In this document: piece by piece, positions 34,478 to 35,052 of the stretch
Layout: each line of letters begins with the position of its first letter
Position numbering within the stretch: position 1 is the stretch's first letter
Source of the DNA: a virus
Taxonomy: Duplodnaviria > Caudoviricetes
DNA: 35,052 nucleotides
Virus record (IMG/VR): IMGVR_UViG_3300020183_000248
Span: 1 to 35,052 of that record
Strand: one strand, 5' to 3'
Notes under the pieces: model-generated
What the model was told of the DNA's origin: nothing
The model's database searches: none
Seen by the model: only the letters and a program-made list of their open reading frames with translations
Position numbers and translations under genes: made by a program

Positions 34478-34572
34478 TTGCGTCTCCATAGGTTTTTCAA
34501 AATCGTCCAGAAAGTTTGGTTTGTGCATAACCGTCCTTGGTTACAGTTTTGGTTGCAAGGTGGGCAGGTCAT
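34474..34572 (-). CDS. Cys-rich microprotein (32 aa) MTCPPCNQNCNQGRLCTNQTFWTILKNLWRRK
   Basis: Read manually; AGGAG SD; GTGA overlap with the exonuclease gene. Confidence 0.75.
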   Translation of the reverse strand: MTCPPCNQNCNQGRLCTNQTFWTILKNLWRRK

Positions 34573-34580
34573 ATTGACTC

Positions 34581-34934
34581 CTAATAACAACGTAAGATTT
34601 CAACGTCAGGGCCAACAACACAGGTTTTGTAAGCCCCTTTACCCCAATTTCCTGAGGCCCATGCAGAGATTGCTCCTTGCAGCGCCCTTGGTTCAAAATC
34701 AAAGTTTTTAATGGCAACAACATCGCCAGGTTGCATGTCTTTGATAAGTGGGTAATAGAACCTGTGCATCGTCCCTGGTGGGTGCTTAAAGGTTTTGCTT
34801 AATTTCTTCGGCACAGAGACAGTAAGCACGCCATACTCATTGCCATCCTGATCGATGACCTTGTATTTGCAACCTGACGCGTCAAGCAACTTAATCGCTT
34901 GAGCGATGGTGCGTTTAACGATCTCTGGAATCAT
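34581..34934 (-). CDS. Hypothetical protein (117 aa), putative DNA-binding
   Basis: GAGGAGG SD; C-half resembles the 2589..2798 protein. Confidence 0.8.
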   Translation of the reverse strand: MIPEIVKRTIAQAIKLLDASGCKYKVIDQDGNEYGVLTVSVPKKLSKTFKHPPGTMHRFYYPLIKDMQPGDVVAIKNFDFEPRALQGAISAWASGNWGKGAYKTCVVGPDVEILRCY

Positions 34935-35052
34935 GCTGCCTCCTCATCAAAGCAAGTGCTGATGTCTTTAACAGCATCACGGTTCTTGATGACGTTCATC
35001 ATTTGCTTAAGTTCTTCTACCTCATCAAACAAGCGTTCAATGACCTTGACTT
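34931..35052 (-). CDS. Partial hypothetical protein (C-terminal end ...DISTCFDEEAA)
   Basis: Open frame from the right edge; ATGA overlap with the next gene. Confidence 0.65.
   Translation of the reverse strand, partial: VKVIERLFDEVEELKQMMNVIKNRDAVKDISTCFDEEAA

Noticed and set aside
1-35052. Alternative genetic code, tRNA genes, or integration module
   Set aside because: Long genes are intact under code 11 with TAA, TAG and TGA all used as stops. No cloverleaf, integrase or att site was recognised, although these could lie outside the window.

Overview
The window is most of a tailed-phage (Caudoviricetes) genome of about 35 kb with podovirus-like organisation. The gene families suggest a proteobacterial, possibly betaproteobacterial, host (inference). 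Two arms diverge from a repeat-rich non-coding region at ~2100-2580 and converge at a terminator at ~30960-30990. The minus-strand early/middle arm (1-2101, and 31069-35052) carries ArdC-type antirestriction protein, many small proteins, YqaJ exonuclease, a single-strand annealing protein, an SSB-like protein, a winged HTH protein, an NrdR-like Zn ribbon and a PD-(D/E)XK resolvase. The plus-strand late arm (2589-30982) carries TerL, portal, scaffold, major capsid, adaptor, nozzle, tail fibre and receptor-binding proteins, four large internal/ejection proteins and a lysis cassette. No integrase, repressor, polymerase, tRNA or CRISPR array was seen. The most striking element is missed by the ORF track. 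It is a cassette between portal and scaffold that encodes two ultra-short Arg/Lys peptides with their own RBSs (MYARMMKRSRKTRR and MARKGRKGRRK). Each is followed by competing RNA structures, including a clean H-type pseudoknot. Family assignments come from motif recognition by eye, not from database searches.
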